The notes below the pieces were generated by a model, which saw only the letters and a list, made by a program, of their open reading frames with translations, did not search any database and was not told the DNA's origin. A stretch of 64,000 nt of DNA from Euryarchaeota archaeon UBA52 (GTDB lineage: Archaea; Thermoplasmatota; Poseidoniia; Poseidoniales; Thalassarchaeaceae). The position numbers were made by a program, and so were the translations under genes. The DNA is taken from positions 1 through 64,000 of the forward strand of contig DAVB01000060.1 of assembly GCA_002505455.1 (NCBI GenBank), read 5' to 3'. Every line of letters starts with the position of its first letter. The first letter of the stretch is position 1. Of this stretch, positions 19,617-28,697 are shown piece after piece.

Positions 19617-20217
19617 GAAAAAACCAGAACTCATCTTCTTTCATACCAGTAATAGACACAAGTTAGATGAAGCCTCTCAAGCCATGTCCAAACTACAAAT
19701 CAAAATAAGATCCTTGCGAGATATTTCCCCTAGCATTTCCGTAGTAGAACCACAAGGAGAAAATTGCGCCCATGTCGCACGTTCAAAAATCATGCAAGTG
19801 TTACACCTGGTGGAAGATAAACTGAATGGTAACTGGCTTATGGTGGAGGATTCAGGACTATTCGTTGATGCATTAGGAGGATTCCCTGGGGTCTATTCCT
19901 CATATGTTCATTCTACAGTTGGCATTGAGGGGATAGTAAAACTCCTTGAAGGAAAAGAGGATACATCAGCAAGTTACATTTCATCAATTGCATTTTGGGA
20001 TGGAGAACGTATCCATTCGGTGCAAGGTCACTGTAAGGGAAGAATATCGCCAGAATCAAGGGGAGATGCCGGTTTCGGATACGATCCGATATTCCTTCCT
20101 GAAGAGGGGGACGGTCGGACATTCTCCGAAATGAACCTTCGAGAAAAGACATCTCTGTCTCACAGGACAATGGCCCTGAAGAAGATGGTTGAGAAACTCA
20201 ACTTTCCGTCAATCTGA
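19609..20217 (+). CDS. Non-canonical purine NTP pyrophosphatase (Ham1/RdgB/ITPase)
   Basis: LIFFHTSNRHKLDEA, …GGFPGVYSS… and GFGYDPIFLPEEGDGRTFSEM (Ham1 signature). The ATG at 19609 overlaps the bud32 stop by 8 nt. The ORF-track TTG at 19579 is unlikely. Confidence 0.85.
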   Translation: MPRKKPELIFFHTSNRHKLDEASQAMSKLQIKIRSLRDISPSISVVEPQGENCAHVARSKIMQVLHLVEDKLNGNWLMVEDSGLFVDALGGFPGVYSSYVHSTVGIEGIVKLLEGKEDTSASYISSIAFWDGERIHSVQGHCKGRISPESRGDAGFGYDPIFLPEEGDGRTFSEMNLREKTSLSHRTMALKKMVEKLNFPSI

Positions 20218-20228
20218 AGTCAGGCAAC

Positions 20229-21041
20229 ATGGACCGCCCCCATATGGTGTCAGTCTCGAGGCTCATCGTCTGGTCGATGTTCCTATTGGGAACTCCAGCA
20301 TTTCTGATTCTACAAGGAGCGGTGACTCCAATTGCTCGTTTAGCAGGAGCCACCACCTTGTTAGCATTGCTCTCAATACTTATGTTCACGGGAAGACCCA
20401 CCCCGGAGATCATTGCGCCAATTGCAGCGATGAAAGCCGTACCCGAAGCGAACGTTGTTGAAATAAAGAGCGATTTACCAAAGCCTCCGGCCCCTGAACC
20501 ACCTGCAGTCACGAACCCTCAAGAGCATACGCTCGTCGATAATAATGCGAATACAGAACCAACGGAAGACTCAGTAAAAATTGCTAAGAAATACGCAGTT
20601 TCAAGCGATGTTCAGATGGAATTTGAAGACGAAGTTGAGCAATTCGTCGAAAATCGACGCGAGCGCCGCATGGAAATCAGAGAGAGAATCGCACGTGAAC
20701 GTCGTATGTCACTGGCTTCCATACGCAATAAGCGATTGCGCGAATGGGCCAGCACTGAAGATGGTGAAGGGTTGCATGAATTGATTGGGGGCACCCAGCA
20801 TGGATTAGAGATTCTCGAATACGGTGATGACAAACGAGCCGATGGGGCGAGTGCCTCAAGTCTTGTTCGAATCGATGATAGAAGAGTCCTTAGGATAACC
20901 AGGGGAATAGCTTTCAACTCATTAAAATCAAGCATAGATGAAGAAACAACAGAAGAGGATACTGAGCATAAAGATACAAGTTTAGATTCTAATGTGCCGC
21001 CTCCACCACCAGATATGCCGCCTCCACCACCTCCTATGTGA
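20229..21041 (+). CDS. Hypothetical membrane protein with 2 N-terminal TM helices, an Arg/Glu-rich helical segment and a C-terminal poly-proline tail
   Basis: 270 aa. TM helices at ~15-60. Then …ENRRERRMEIRERIARERRMSLASIRNKRLREW… and C-terminal PPPPPDMPPPPPPM encoded by a direct gccgcctccaccacc repeat. Confidence 0.5.
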   Translation: MDRPHMVSVSRLIVWSMFLLGTPAFLILQGAVTPIARLAGATTLLALLSILMFTGRPTPEIIAPIAAMKAVPEANVVEIKSDLPKPPAPEPPAVTNPQEHTLVDNNANTEPTEDSVKIAKKYAVSSDVQMEFEDEVEQFVENRRERRMEIRERIARERRMSLASIRNKRLREWASTEDGEGLHELIGGTQHGLEILEYGDDKRADGASASSLVRIDDRRVLRITRGIAFNSLKSSIDEETTEEDTEHKDTSLDSNVPPPPPDMPPPPPPM

Positions 21042-21089
21042 GCCAATTAGAGTGGTGAGGTTGAACAGCAGGAAACCCCGCGCAGAGTC

Positions 21090-21917
21090 ATGGCCGGACC
21101 CCTCGTGACTGTAGACAGGATTGAAACCCCATCCTTTCCAGAGGGGGGATATGTCGAGATATGGACGCTTAATCGCCCCAATAGGCTAAATGCGCTGAAT
21201 CGCGAAATGCATGAGGAACTCATAGCCCTCTGTGAACGTGCTGAATCTGATGACTCAACCAGAGTGATAGTAATCACTGGCGCTGAACCTGAAAAGGACG
21301 CAGACCGCCCTAGGCCAGTTGCCTTTGCAGCGGGAGCTGACATAACTGAGTTCTCCGGTCAAAGTTCTGAAGATGTACGGCCATTCTTTGAGAGAAATGC
21401 ATGGGAGAGAGTCTGGGACCTTTCTAAACCAACGATCGCAATGGTCGACGGTTTTGCACTCGGAGGGGGAACTGAACTTGCTCTCTCATGCGATATGAGA
21501 ATCGCTTCAGATCGTTCAAAATTTGGTCAGCCAGAGATTAATCTTGGCCTCATCCCTGGAGGCGGTGGGACACAGAGGTTGACCAGTCTTGTCGGATATG
21601 GGGCTGCCATTGAGATGGTACTCACCGGAGATATGGTTTCAGCACAAAGAGCATTGGAGATAGGATTAGTCAACATGGTCGTCTCACCAGAAGAGCTACG
21701 GGATTCAACACTAGAAATTGCACGTAATATCGCTTCTAAGTCTCCTTACACGATCAAAGTAGCAAAGCGTGCGATAAGGGCTGCATTGGATCTCCCCTTG
21801 TCTCAAGGAATCCTGGCTGAGCGGTCTGAGTTTGTAGCACTCTTCGACACTGAAGATGCTTCAATCGGAGTTGAAGCATTTCTTTCGAAAAAAGAACCAG
21901 AGTGGGTAGGTCGTTAA
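21090..21917 (+). CDS. Enoyl-CoA hydratase/isomerase (crotonase family)
   Basis: LNRPNRLNALN…GADITEF…FALGGGTELALSCDMRIAS is the crotonase fold with oxyanion-hole segments. Confidence 0.85.
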   Translation: MAGPLVTVDRIETPSFPEGGYVEIWTLNRPNRLNALNREMHEELIALCERAESDDSTRVIVITGAEPEKDADRPRPVAFAAGADITEFSGQSSEDVRPFFERNAWERVWDLSKPTIAMVDGFALGGGTELALSCDMRIASDRSKFGQPEINLGLIPGGGGTQRLTSLVGYGAAIEMVLTGDMVSAQRALEIGLVNMVVSPEELRDSTLEIARNIASKSPYTIKVAKRAIRAALDLPLSQGILAERSEFVALFDTEDASIGVEAFLSKKEPEWVGR

Positions 21918-21957
21918 TCGGCGAGATGCTCAATAACGACCTATCGAATCACACCAC

Positions 21958-22503
21958 ATGTCGGAGAACAGGGTCATCGTATTGTCCGGTCCGCCTGGAT
22001 CTGGAAAGGCCGCCGTCGGCCATATATTGGAAGAAAGAGGGTGGAAACTACTTTCACTAGGCGACGTAGTCCGTTCCGAAGTCGCTTCCAGAAATCTTGA
22101 ACCGACCCCTTCTAACATCGGGTTCGTCGCCCAAGATATGAGAGATGAATTCGGTCCAGCGATAGTAATGGAACGCTTACTTTCCGATATTGAGATGGCC
22201 GTGGAACATAATCATGTGGTAATAGATGGCCTCAGACAAATCGAAGAATTAGAACGTTTACAGTCATCTCAGCCAAGAATGATTGTGATTGCAGTCGAGG
22301 CATCTGAATCACATAGGAGAGAGAGAATCAATTCTAGATCCAGGTCTGATGACAGTGATTTCGATGAAAGAGAAGCTAGAGAATGGGGTTGGGGGCTTGA
22401 TATGGTTATGCAACTTGCTGATTTAACAATTAAAAACGATGGAACAGAAGATGATTTTAGAACATCCATCATTCATTCATTACATTCTATCGGAGTAGAA
22501 TAG
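21958..22503 (+). CDS. P-loop nucleoside-monophosphate-kinase-like protein (adenylate kinase / UPF0200-like)
   Basis: VIVLSGPPGSGKAAVGHIL (Walker A), …SLGDVVRSEV (NMP-binding-like) and …VIDGLRQ…. 181 aa. Exact substrate unknown. Confidence 0.5.
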   Translation: MSENRVIVLSGPPGSGKAAVGHILEERGWKLLSLGDVVRSEVASRNLEPTPSNIGFVAQDMRDEFGPAIVMERLLSDIEMAVEHNHVVIDGLRQIEELERLQSSQPRMIVIAVEASESHRRERINSRSRSDDSDFDEREAREWGWGLDMVMQLADLTIKNDGTEDDFRTSIIHSLHSIGVE

Positions 22504-23166
22504 TCAGGCTCGCCCTTCTGATCTAACGGCTTCCCAATCCTCTAGGAATTTCTCAAGACCTGCATTCGTCAAGTCGTGTTCTATCAATTTGGTGAATATG
22601 CCATATGGGATAGTCGCTGCATGAGCGCCGAGTCTCGCGCACATTTCCACATGCTGCACGGATCTTATTGAAGCTGCAAGTATTTTACATCCGGTTATGC
22701 CTTGATTCCTCCATGTTTCCGAGATGTCTGCGATTAGACCTAGCCCATCCTCTCCATTGTCATCGAGCCTTCCCAAGAAGGGGGATACGTAGGAAGCACC
22801 TGCCTTAGAAGCGAGCAGGGCCTGAGCAACTGAAAATACGAGTGTGACGTTTACACCTATCCCTTGATCTGAAAGAGTTCTGGTAGCCGATAGACCTGCG
22901 GGTGTGCAAGGTATCTTGATAATCACATTTTCAGGTAATTTCGCCTTAAGATCGAGGCCTTCCTTTACCATCTCTAGTGCCGAAATTCCCGTAACCTCCG
23001 CACTGATTGGTCCCGAACATACCGTTGCTATGGAACGAATTGTATCCTCAAAATTACCACCTGATCTCCTGATTAATGTTGGATTCGTTGTAACGCCATC
23101 AAGAACGCCCCAAGCAGCAATCTCTTCCACTTCTTCAATCACGGCAGAATCTAGAATCAATTCCAT
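22504..23166 (-). CDS. tal: Transaldolase / fructose-6-phosphate aldolase (short type-3B Tal)
   Basis: MELILDSAVIEEVEE…GVTTNPTLI…KIPCT. 220 aa, typical of the archaeal/bacterial short transaldolase. Confidence 0.9.
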   Translation of the reverse strand: MELILDSAVIEEVEEIAAWGVLDGVTTNPTLIRRSGGNFEDTIRSIATVCSGPISAEVTGISALEMVKEGLDLKAKLPENVIIKIPCTPAGLSATRTLSDQGIGVNVTLVFSVAQALLASKAGASYVSPFLGRLDDNGEDGLGLIADISETWRNQGITGCKILAASIRSVQHVEMCARLGAHAATIPYGIFTKLIEHDLTNAGLEKFLEDWEAVRSEGRA

Positions 23167-23257
23167 GAAGCCCGCAAGTCGGAATGATACCTCATTCTTT
23201 CGGAAACTAACATTCTGGTTGCGTTGTGCATGCTCCTGAGAATGTACGTGGTAATAG

Positions 23258-23285
23258 AGATATTAATATGATATATTTTTAATAT
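23258..23285. promoter_or_regulatory. 8-bp inverted repeat GATATTAA-N12-TTAATATC in the divergent tal / SPFH promoter region
   Basis: Perfect reverse-complement arms read directly. Embedded in an AT-rich 144-bp intergenic spacer. Could be paired TATA/BRE elements or a regulator site. Confidence 0.35.
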
Positions 23286-23310
23286 CTTTATACTATCATT
23301 ATTTAAGCAC

Positions 23311-24243
23311 ATGCGGAATCCAATAATCATGGCAGAGAAGCCCGAATCAATCAAACTAAGTAATAACGAGCCGACTTATCGCGATATCGAAGGATATGCG
23401 ATTAACGGATTCCTCGGATTGCTAATGCATCTCGCACTTGGTCTCGCTAATCTCGTTCTTCCACTTCTTTTGGGGCCATTATCAGTAATTATCCAAATAA
23501 TCACCGTCCCTCTATGGTTCGTTATGTTCAACAGCTACGTGATAGTCAATCCAAACGAGGCAGTCGTAGCGCAGTTCTTCGGGAAATACTCTGCTACATT
23601 GAAGAGTGAAGGCTTCCAATTCTTCCTTAATCCGCTATACCAGAAGACGAAGATATCTCTTAGAATAAACAACTTTGAGTCAAACAAACTCAAGGTGAAT
23701 GATGTCAATGCAAATCCAATAGACATAGCAGCAGTGGTCGTTTGGAGAGTCTTCGACGCTGCTGAGGCGCTATTCGAGGTTGAGAACTACGATCACTATG
23801 TGCAGATTCAGAGTGAAGCCGCTCTTCGTGAGATGGCAACGAAGTATCCCTATGACGCCATCGAAGAGAAGGACATCGGGGGAATCACCCTGTCAAGCCA
23901 TCAAGATGCTGTGGCAGAGGAACTACTGACTTCCGTAGAGGCAAGGCTCGCCCGGGCTGGAATAGAGGTCTTGGAGGCCAGGATAAGCTACCTCGCGTAT
24001 TCGACAGAAATCGCCCAAGCCATGTTGCGACGCCAGCAGGCCGCTGCAGTCGTAGCCGCACGTCGCGAGATAGTGGATGGTGCCGTGGGCATGGTTGAGT
24101 TGGCCTTGGAGCAACTCAGTACAAAAGGCATCATCGAACTAGACGAGGACAAGAAGGCTACAATGGTGAGCAATCTACTTGTCGTCCTTTGCTCTGAGAC
24201 AGACACGACCCCTGTCGTCAATACCGGTACTTTGTATCAGTGA
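23311..24243 (+). CDS. SPFH/Band-7 (stomatin/prohibitin-like) membrane protein
   Basis: N-terminal TM helices. VVAQFFGKY…NPIDIAAVVVWRV…EAALREMATKY… plus an A/Q-rich coiled coil. Characteristic Band-7 core. Confidence 0.8.
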   Translation: MRNPIIMAEKPESIKLSNNEPTYRDIEGYAINGFLGLLMHLALGLANLVLPLLLGPLSVIIQIITVPLWFVMFNSYVIVNPNEAVVAQFFGKYSATLKSEGFQFFLNPLYQKTKISLRINNFESNKLKVNDVNANPIDIAAVVVWRVFDAAEALFEVENYDHYVQIQSEAALREMATKYPYDAIEEKDIGGITLSSHQDAVAEELLTSVEARLARAGIEVLEARISYLAYSTEIAQAMLRRQQAAAVVAARREIVDGAVGMVELALEQLSTKGIIELDEDKKATMVSNLLVVLCSETDTTPVVNTGTLYQ

Positions 24244-24287
24244 GAATCGCTGCTTTGAGATAATATTGAGAATCACGGGGTGGAACT

Positions 24288-24428
24288 TTGGATAAGAAAA
24301 AAATCCTTCTTAGACTAGACCCGTCTTTGCATAGCAAACTCAAGATTTGGGCCAAGGACGATATGAGATCAATTAACGCACATATCGAATTCATATTGAG
24401 AAAGGCGATAGAGGATAGTAGAAGATGA
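24288..24428 (+). CDS. Ribbon-helix-helix (Arc/MetJ/CopG-type) small DNA-binding protein, 46 aa, TTG start. Not in the ORF track (<60 aa).
   Basis: Translation (M)DKKKILLRLDPSLHSKLKIWAKDDMRSINAHIEFILRKAIEDSRR. It follows the beta-strand-helix-helix pattern of Arc ('FNLRWPREVLDLVRKVAEENGRSVNSEIYQRVMESF'). GGGGTGG SD-like 7-13 nt upstream. The stop overlaps the next ATG (ATGA). Confidence 0.6.
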   Translation: MDKKKILLRLDPSLHSKLKIWAKDDMRSINAHIEFILRKAIEDSRR

Positions 24429-25504
24429 AATTCCTTGGAGATTTAGAGACTGGTTCAAAGGCATCCAGAATAAAATCGCCAGTTGCTATAATCACACTCC
24501 TGATGCTGTTAACCCCCCTCTCCGGTTGCCTCAATAACTCTGAAGAAACGTCGCCTTCTTCTACCAGTCAAGATTTGGAAGGACTGTTGCGAATTAACCA
24601 CATTCAAATGAAAGGAACTCACAATTCGTATCACGTCGAGCCACTCGTTTCTCCAACACGGGAGTATATGTACACTCATGAGGAGTTGAATGTTCAAGCC
24701 TCCCAACTTGGAGTCAGACAATTTGAAATTGATGTATGGTGGGATATTAGGGACGGCCTCCGTGTCTATCACAACCAGTATGATTCCGGCACTACTTGTC
24801 CAACATTCGAGAACTGTATGAACACGCTTCTAGAATGGTCCAATGCCAATCCAAATCACCATACTACTTTCATTTGGATAGAACCGAAAGATTGGCCAGA
24901 ACAAAGTATGGACATAACAACAACAGTACAAATGTCAGGAATCTTAGATGAGATAGAGTCTGAGATAACACAATTCTGGCCCCGAAATAAGACGATAACT
25001 CCCGCAGATGTTCAGGGGGATCACCCGTCACTCAATGATGCCTTGGCAAATGAGGGTTGGCCTTTGCTAGAGGATAGTCGTGGCAAGGTCATCTTCGTGT
25101 TGCTTGCAACCGGCGGAATGAGGGAAATCTACCTTGAAGATTATTTTCCTACAGGTCGTATGTTCCCCATGTTCACTTCACAAGACGATTCCCCTTCGTA
25201 TGCACAAGCGATATTCTCGCTGACAGATCCAATTGGCGATGGAGATGAGATTGAGCATTTGGCCGCTGAGGGATATATTGTGCGTACAAGAGCTGATAGC
25301 GGTGGAGAGGAGGCTGATAACAACGATACATCTAGGCTAGAAGCAGCATTATCATCTGGAGCGCACAGCATATCAACGGATTACCCTGCAAAAGTCGAGT
25401 CAATCGAGTATTGGGTTGAGATTCCCGGAGGGACACCTAGTAGATGTAACCCAGTAAGTGCACCCGACCAGTGCTCTTCTGAGAACATTGAATACGTCGA
25501 TTAA
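24425..25504 (+). CDS. Secreted lipoprotein, PLC-like phosphodiesterase (PI-PLC X-domain-like)
   Basis: Signal plus lipobox-like LSGC. MKGTHNSYH resembles the PLC X-box catalytic His motif. 359 aa. Family assignment is tentative. Confidence 0.55.
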   Translation: MKFLGDLETGSKASRIKSPVAIITLLMLLTPLSGCLNNSEETSPSSTSQDLEGLLRINHIQMKGTHNSYHVEPLVSPTREYMYTHEELNVQASQLGVRQFEIDVWWDIRDGLRVYHNQYDSGTTCPTFENCMNTLLEWSNANPNHHTTFIWIEPKDWPEQSMDITTTVQMSGILDEIESEITQFWPRNKTITPADVQGDHPSLNDALANEGWPLLEDSRGKVIFVLLATGGMREIYLEDYFPTGRMFPMFTSQDDSPSYAQAIFSLTDPIGDGDEIEHLAAEGYIVRTRADSGGEEADNNDTSRLEAALSSGAHSISTDYPAKVESIEYWVEIPGGTPSRCNPVSAPDQCSSENIEYVD

Positions 25505-25574
25505 ACGATAACCGAGTACTGACTCGCTACGCACGAAGTATGCATTCGCTGGACGATAAACCGAGGTGTAAATC

Positions 25575-26393
25575 GTGGATACGGTCGTAAACATTGCAGG
25601 ATATCGATTTGTCGACCTTCCCGATAGAGACGATATACGAGACCCCATGCTCGAAGAGTGTTTGAAACTAAATCTCAAAGGCTCAATACTCCTCAGTCAA
25701 AATGGGATTAATTTCTTCCTCGCAGGCAGCCAGTCATCGGTCGATGGTTTTCTTCAGTACCTTGAATTGGATGAGCGATTCATAGGAATAGATCTGAAGA
25801 TAAGCTATACGGATTATCAACCATTCAGAAGAATGCTAGTCAAGCGAAAAAGGGAGATCATATCGTTGGGCTTGGATGATATCAAACCATCTGAATTCAC
25901 AGGCCCGTACATATCCCCAACTGAGTTCAAGCGTATGCTGGATGAGGAAGAAGATATCGTGATCCTAGATACGAGGAATGACTATGAAACCCGGATAGGC
26001 TCATTTGAGGGCTCCATAGATCTAGATATTCAGTCTTTCAGAAACTTTCCCGATGCTATAGAAACGCTGCCTGATGAGTATAAATCGAAGACTTTTGTAA
26101 TGTATTGTACAGGGGGAATCCGATGTGAGAAGGCTTCAGCGGTTATGCTGAATGCCGGTTTCGAAGATGTGCGTCAATTGGATGGCGGAATTCTCGCATA
26201 CCTCGAGCAATACGGCGAGTCGCATTGGAATGGTGATTGTTTTGTCTTTGATCAGAGAGTCGCCGTTGATCATAATCTCCGTGAATCTGGAGTTGAAATG
26301 TGTTTCAAATGTCGAGAACCATTGTCGTTGAATCAGCAGCAATCCCCCGACTACGTCGTTGGAGAGTATTGCCCCTACTGCATCTCAAAATGA
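25575..26393 (+). CDS. trhO: Rhodanese-domain tRNA U34 hydroxylase-like protein (TrhO/YceA, UPF0176)
   Basis: 272 aa. Rhodanese active site FVMYCTGGIRCEKAS. C-terminal Cys cluster CFKC…CPYC. GTG start. Confidence 0.75.
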   Translation: MDTVVNIAGYRFVDLPDRDDIRDPMLEECLKLNLKGSILLSQNGINFFLAGSQSSVDGFLQYLELDERFIGIDLKISYTDYQPFRRMLVKRKREIISLGLDDIKPSEFTGPYISPTEFKRMLDEEEDIVILDTRNDYETRIGSFEGSIDLDIQSFRNFPDAIETLPDEYKSKTFVMYCTGGIRCEKASAVMLNAGFEDVRQLDGGILAYLEQYGESHWNGDCFVFDQRVAVDHNLRESGVEMCFKCREPLSLNQQQSPDYVVGEYCPYCISK

Positions 26394-26415
26394 TGCCAAA
26401 TCATGTTCCCTGCAA

Positions 26416-27861
26416 TCATTCAATGGGCTTCTGGATTGATTTGATTTCCAAGAATTCTTCAAAGCCATGAACTCCAAGTTCTCGGCCATTGCCGGATTTT
26501 TTGTATCCTCCAAAGGGAGCACTGATATTGAATGGGCCACCATTTACACTGACTTGTCCAGTCCTCATTTTCCTGGCGAATGCGACGGCCCGATCGATAT
26601 CTTCAGACCAAACCCCTCCTGATAGCCCGTATTCTGAGTCATTCGCTAGAGAGAGAGCCTCATCCTCCGAGGTATAGGATGCAATACAAAGCACAGGTCC
26701 GAAAATCTCCTCTTTCCAGATTTTCATATCCGGTTTGACATTCATGAATGCTGTAGGCCTGACAAAGTATCCAGATTCGAGGCCATCGATTAAATCCGAT
26801 CCGCCAGCTACCAAGACAGCCCCTTCTTCGATACCGCTTCGTATGTAGCCAAGTACACTCTCTTGTTGACTGGCTGATACCATAGGCCCACATTTCGTTT
26901 TAGGATCCATTGGGTCCCCTGGGCTGTACCCGTCAACACGTTCAGCTATGATTGGAATGATATCTCCCAAAATCGATTCTGGAACGATGAGCCGAGTTAG
27001 TGCGGAGCAAGTCTGTCCAGAGTTTGCAAAGCACGCACCAATTGCGTTTTTTGCCGCTCTAACGCCATTCCCATCTTCTAGGACGACGTTTGCACTCTTC
27101 CCGCCAAGCTCAAGTGTAACTCGCTTGACACTCTCAGCCGCAGCTTGAGAAACCCTCACACCCGCAGCCGTAGATCCTGTAAACGAGACCATATCCACTT
27201 CTGGATGAGATGCCAGATGCGATCCGACCGTAGACCCATACCCGCTTACTAGATTGAATACACCCTTCGGAAGTCCTATTTCATCAAGCATATCAGCGAG
27301 TATGAATGCATTAAGAGGAGCTTCTTTTGAGGGTTTTAGAACCATCGTGCAGCCCGCTGCAATCGCCGGAGCTACCTTGCCAATGATTTGGTGCAGTGGG
27401 AAATTCCACGGAGTGATGAATGCACAGACGCCAATAGGCTCTCTGACTATTGTCGAATTTCGCACCTCCTCCTCCCAATTATACGACTCAAGCAGTTTAG
27501 CATATGACCGTGTAACGACACGCGGAGTGCCAACCATCGCCATTTTCGAATATTCAATTGGAGTACCGACTTCTTTTGTTATGAGTTCAGCCAACTCATT
27601 AGTACGGTTTTTGAATGATTCCGAGAGAGAATTCAATACCCTGATTCTTTCTTCTACCGGAGAATTAGACCACTCATCAAAAGCATCCCTGGCAGCCATC
27701 ACGGCTGCATCAGCATCATCCAAAGTACCCTCAGGAACACTTCCAACTATACTTCCCGTTGCTGGATTCTCAACGGATATCCGCCCCCCTCCTTTGGATT
27801 CAGTCCACAAGCCTCCTATGTACAACATGTCCCTGTGCATCAATAGGCACACAGTCGACAT
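26416..27861 (-). CDS. NAD(P)-dependent aldehyde dehydrogenase (start may be the internal Met, MLYIGGLW…)
   Basis: 481 aa. …FTGSTAAG…, LELGGKSANVV and catalytic Cys in …NSGQTCSAL…. Confidence 0.9.
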   Translation of the reverse strand: MSTVCLLMHRDMLYIGGLWTESKGGGRISVENPATGSIVGSVPEGTLDDADAAVMAARDAFDEWSNSPVEERIRVLNSLSESFKNRTNELAELITKEVGTPIEYSKMAMVGTPRVVTRSYAKLLESYNWEEEVRNSTIVREPIGVCAFITPWNFPLHQIIGKVAPAIAAGCTMVLKPSKEAPLNAFILADMLDEIGLPKGVFNLVSGYGSTVGSHLASHPEVDMVSFTGSTAAGVRVSQAAAESVKRVTLELGGKSANVVLEDGNGVRAAKNAIGACFANSGQTCSALTRLIVPESILGDIIPIIAERVDGYSPGDPMDPKTKCGPMVSASQQESVLGYIRSGIEEGAVLVAGGSDLIDGLESGYFVRPTAFMNVKPDMKIWKEEIFGPVLCIASYTSEDEALSLANDSEYGLSGGVWSEDIDRAVAFARKMRTGQVSVNGGPFNISAPFGGYKKSGNGRELGVHGFEEFLEIKSIQKPIE

Positions 27862-27911
27862 TCACTTATCAGATTCATGGAGTTCATACGTGTCGCCTTC
27901 TGTGCCTCACC

Positions 27912-28697
27912 ATGGTTCTATCAGTAGACCGACCGAGTCAGAGAACAGCCCTGGTCACCCTTTCAGAGGATTCATCGAGAGATACATTTTCTTCCGGCAC
28001 AATAGAACATCTAATCGATACAATAGATGGGCTAATCCAAGATCAAAATACCAATGCGGTGATACTTACGGGAACAGGGAGATTTTTCTGTGCGGGTGGA
28101 CCGGTAGATAAGTTCGATAATGCGATTGACGATGGTTCAATCGGGGAACTAGTCGGGACTATGACGGGGCATCTACATCCTCTATTGCTTCGCATAAGGA
28201 AATCTTCTACGGTTTTCATAGGTGCGATTAATGGCGCTGCAGCAGGGGGAGGCCTAGGATTAGCACTCAGCATGGATTATAGGATATGTGTACCAAATGC
28301 GAAACTCGCCGCCTCGTTTTTCAGACTCGGGATATCTCCGGATGGGGGCACGACATGGCTTCTTCCAAGATTGGTGGGGCAACAAGCAGCAAGGAAATTC
28401 TTCTTCGAGAATTTGGTATGGGACGGCCTGTCCGCACAAGAAGTCGGCGCTGTAGACGAGGTTGTAAATGAGGACGAACTCATTCAAAGATCGATACAAG
28501 TTGCTGATAGATGGGGCGCATGGTCTGAAAGTAGCAGAAGGGGCACCAAGCAACTTCTGGACGCCTCTTCGACAACTTTCTTTGAAACGCAACTCGAATT
28601 TGAGCGCCAGTTGATGATTGCCTCGTCGCTCACTCCAGAGTTCAAAGAAGGAGTAAGGTCATTCCTCGAGAAGCGAGATCCAGACTTTAGTCAATAA
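27912..28697 (+). CDS. Enoyl-CoA hydratase/isomerase family protein (the ORF track begins at 27759. Start trimmed to MVLSVDRP…).
   Basis: …ILTGTGRFFCAGGPVDKF…, GAINGAAAGGGLGLALSMDYRI and …ERQLMIASS…. The trimmed start avoids antisense overlap with the ALDH gene. Confidence 0.8.
   Translation: MVLSVDRPSQRTALVTLSEDSSRDTFSSGTIEHLIDTIDGLIQDQNTNAVILTGTGRFFCAGGPVDKFDNAIDDGSIGELVGTMTGHLHPLLLRIRKSSTVFIGAINGAAAGGGLGLALSMDYRICVPNAKLAASFFRLGISPDGGTTWLLPRLVGQQAARKFFFENLVWDGLSAQEVGAVDEVVNEDELIQRSIQVADRWGAWSESSRRGTKQLLDASSTTFFETQLEFERQLMIASSLTPEFKEGVRSFLEKRDPDFSQ

Noticed and set aside
27254-28111. 285-aa ORF on the + strand
   Set aside because: It lies antisense to the well-supported aldehyde dehydrogenase gene. 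It has low-complexity Ser/Thr-rich translation and no motifs, so it is a shadow ORF.
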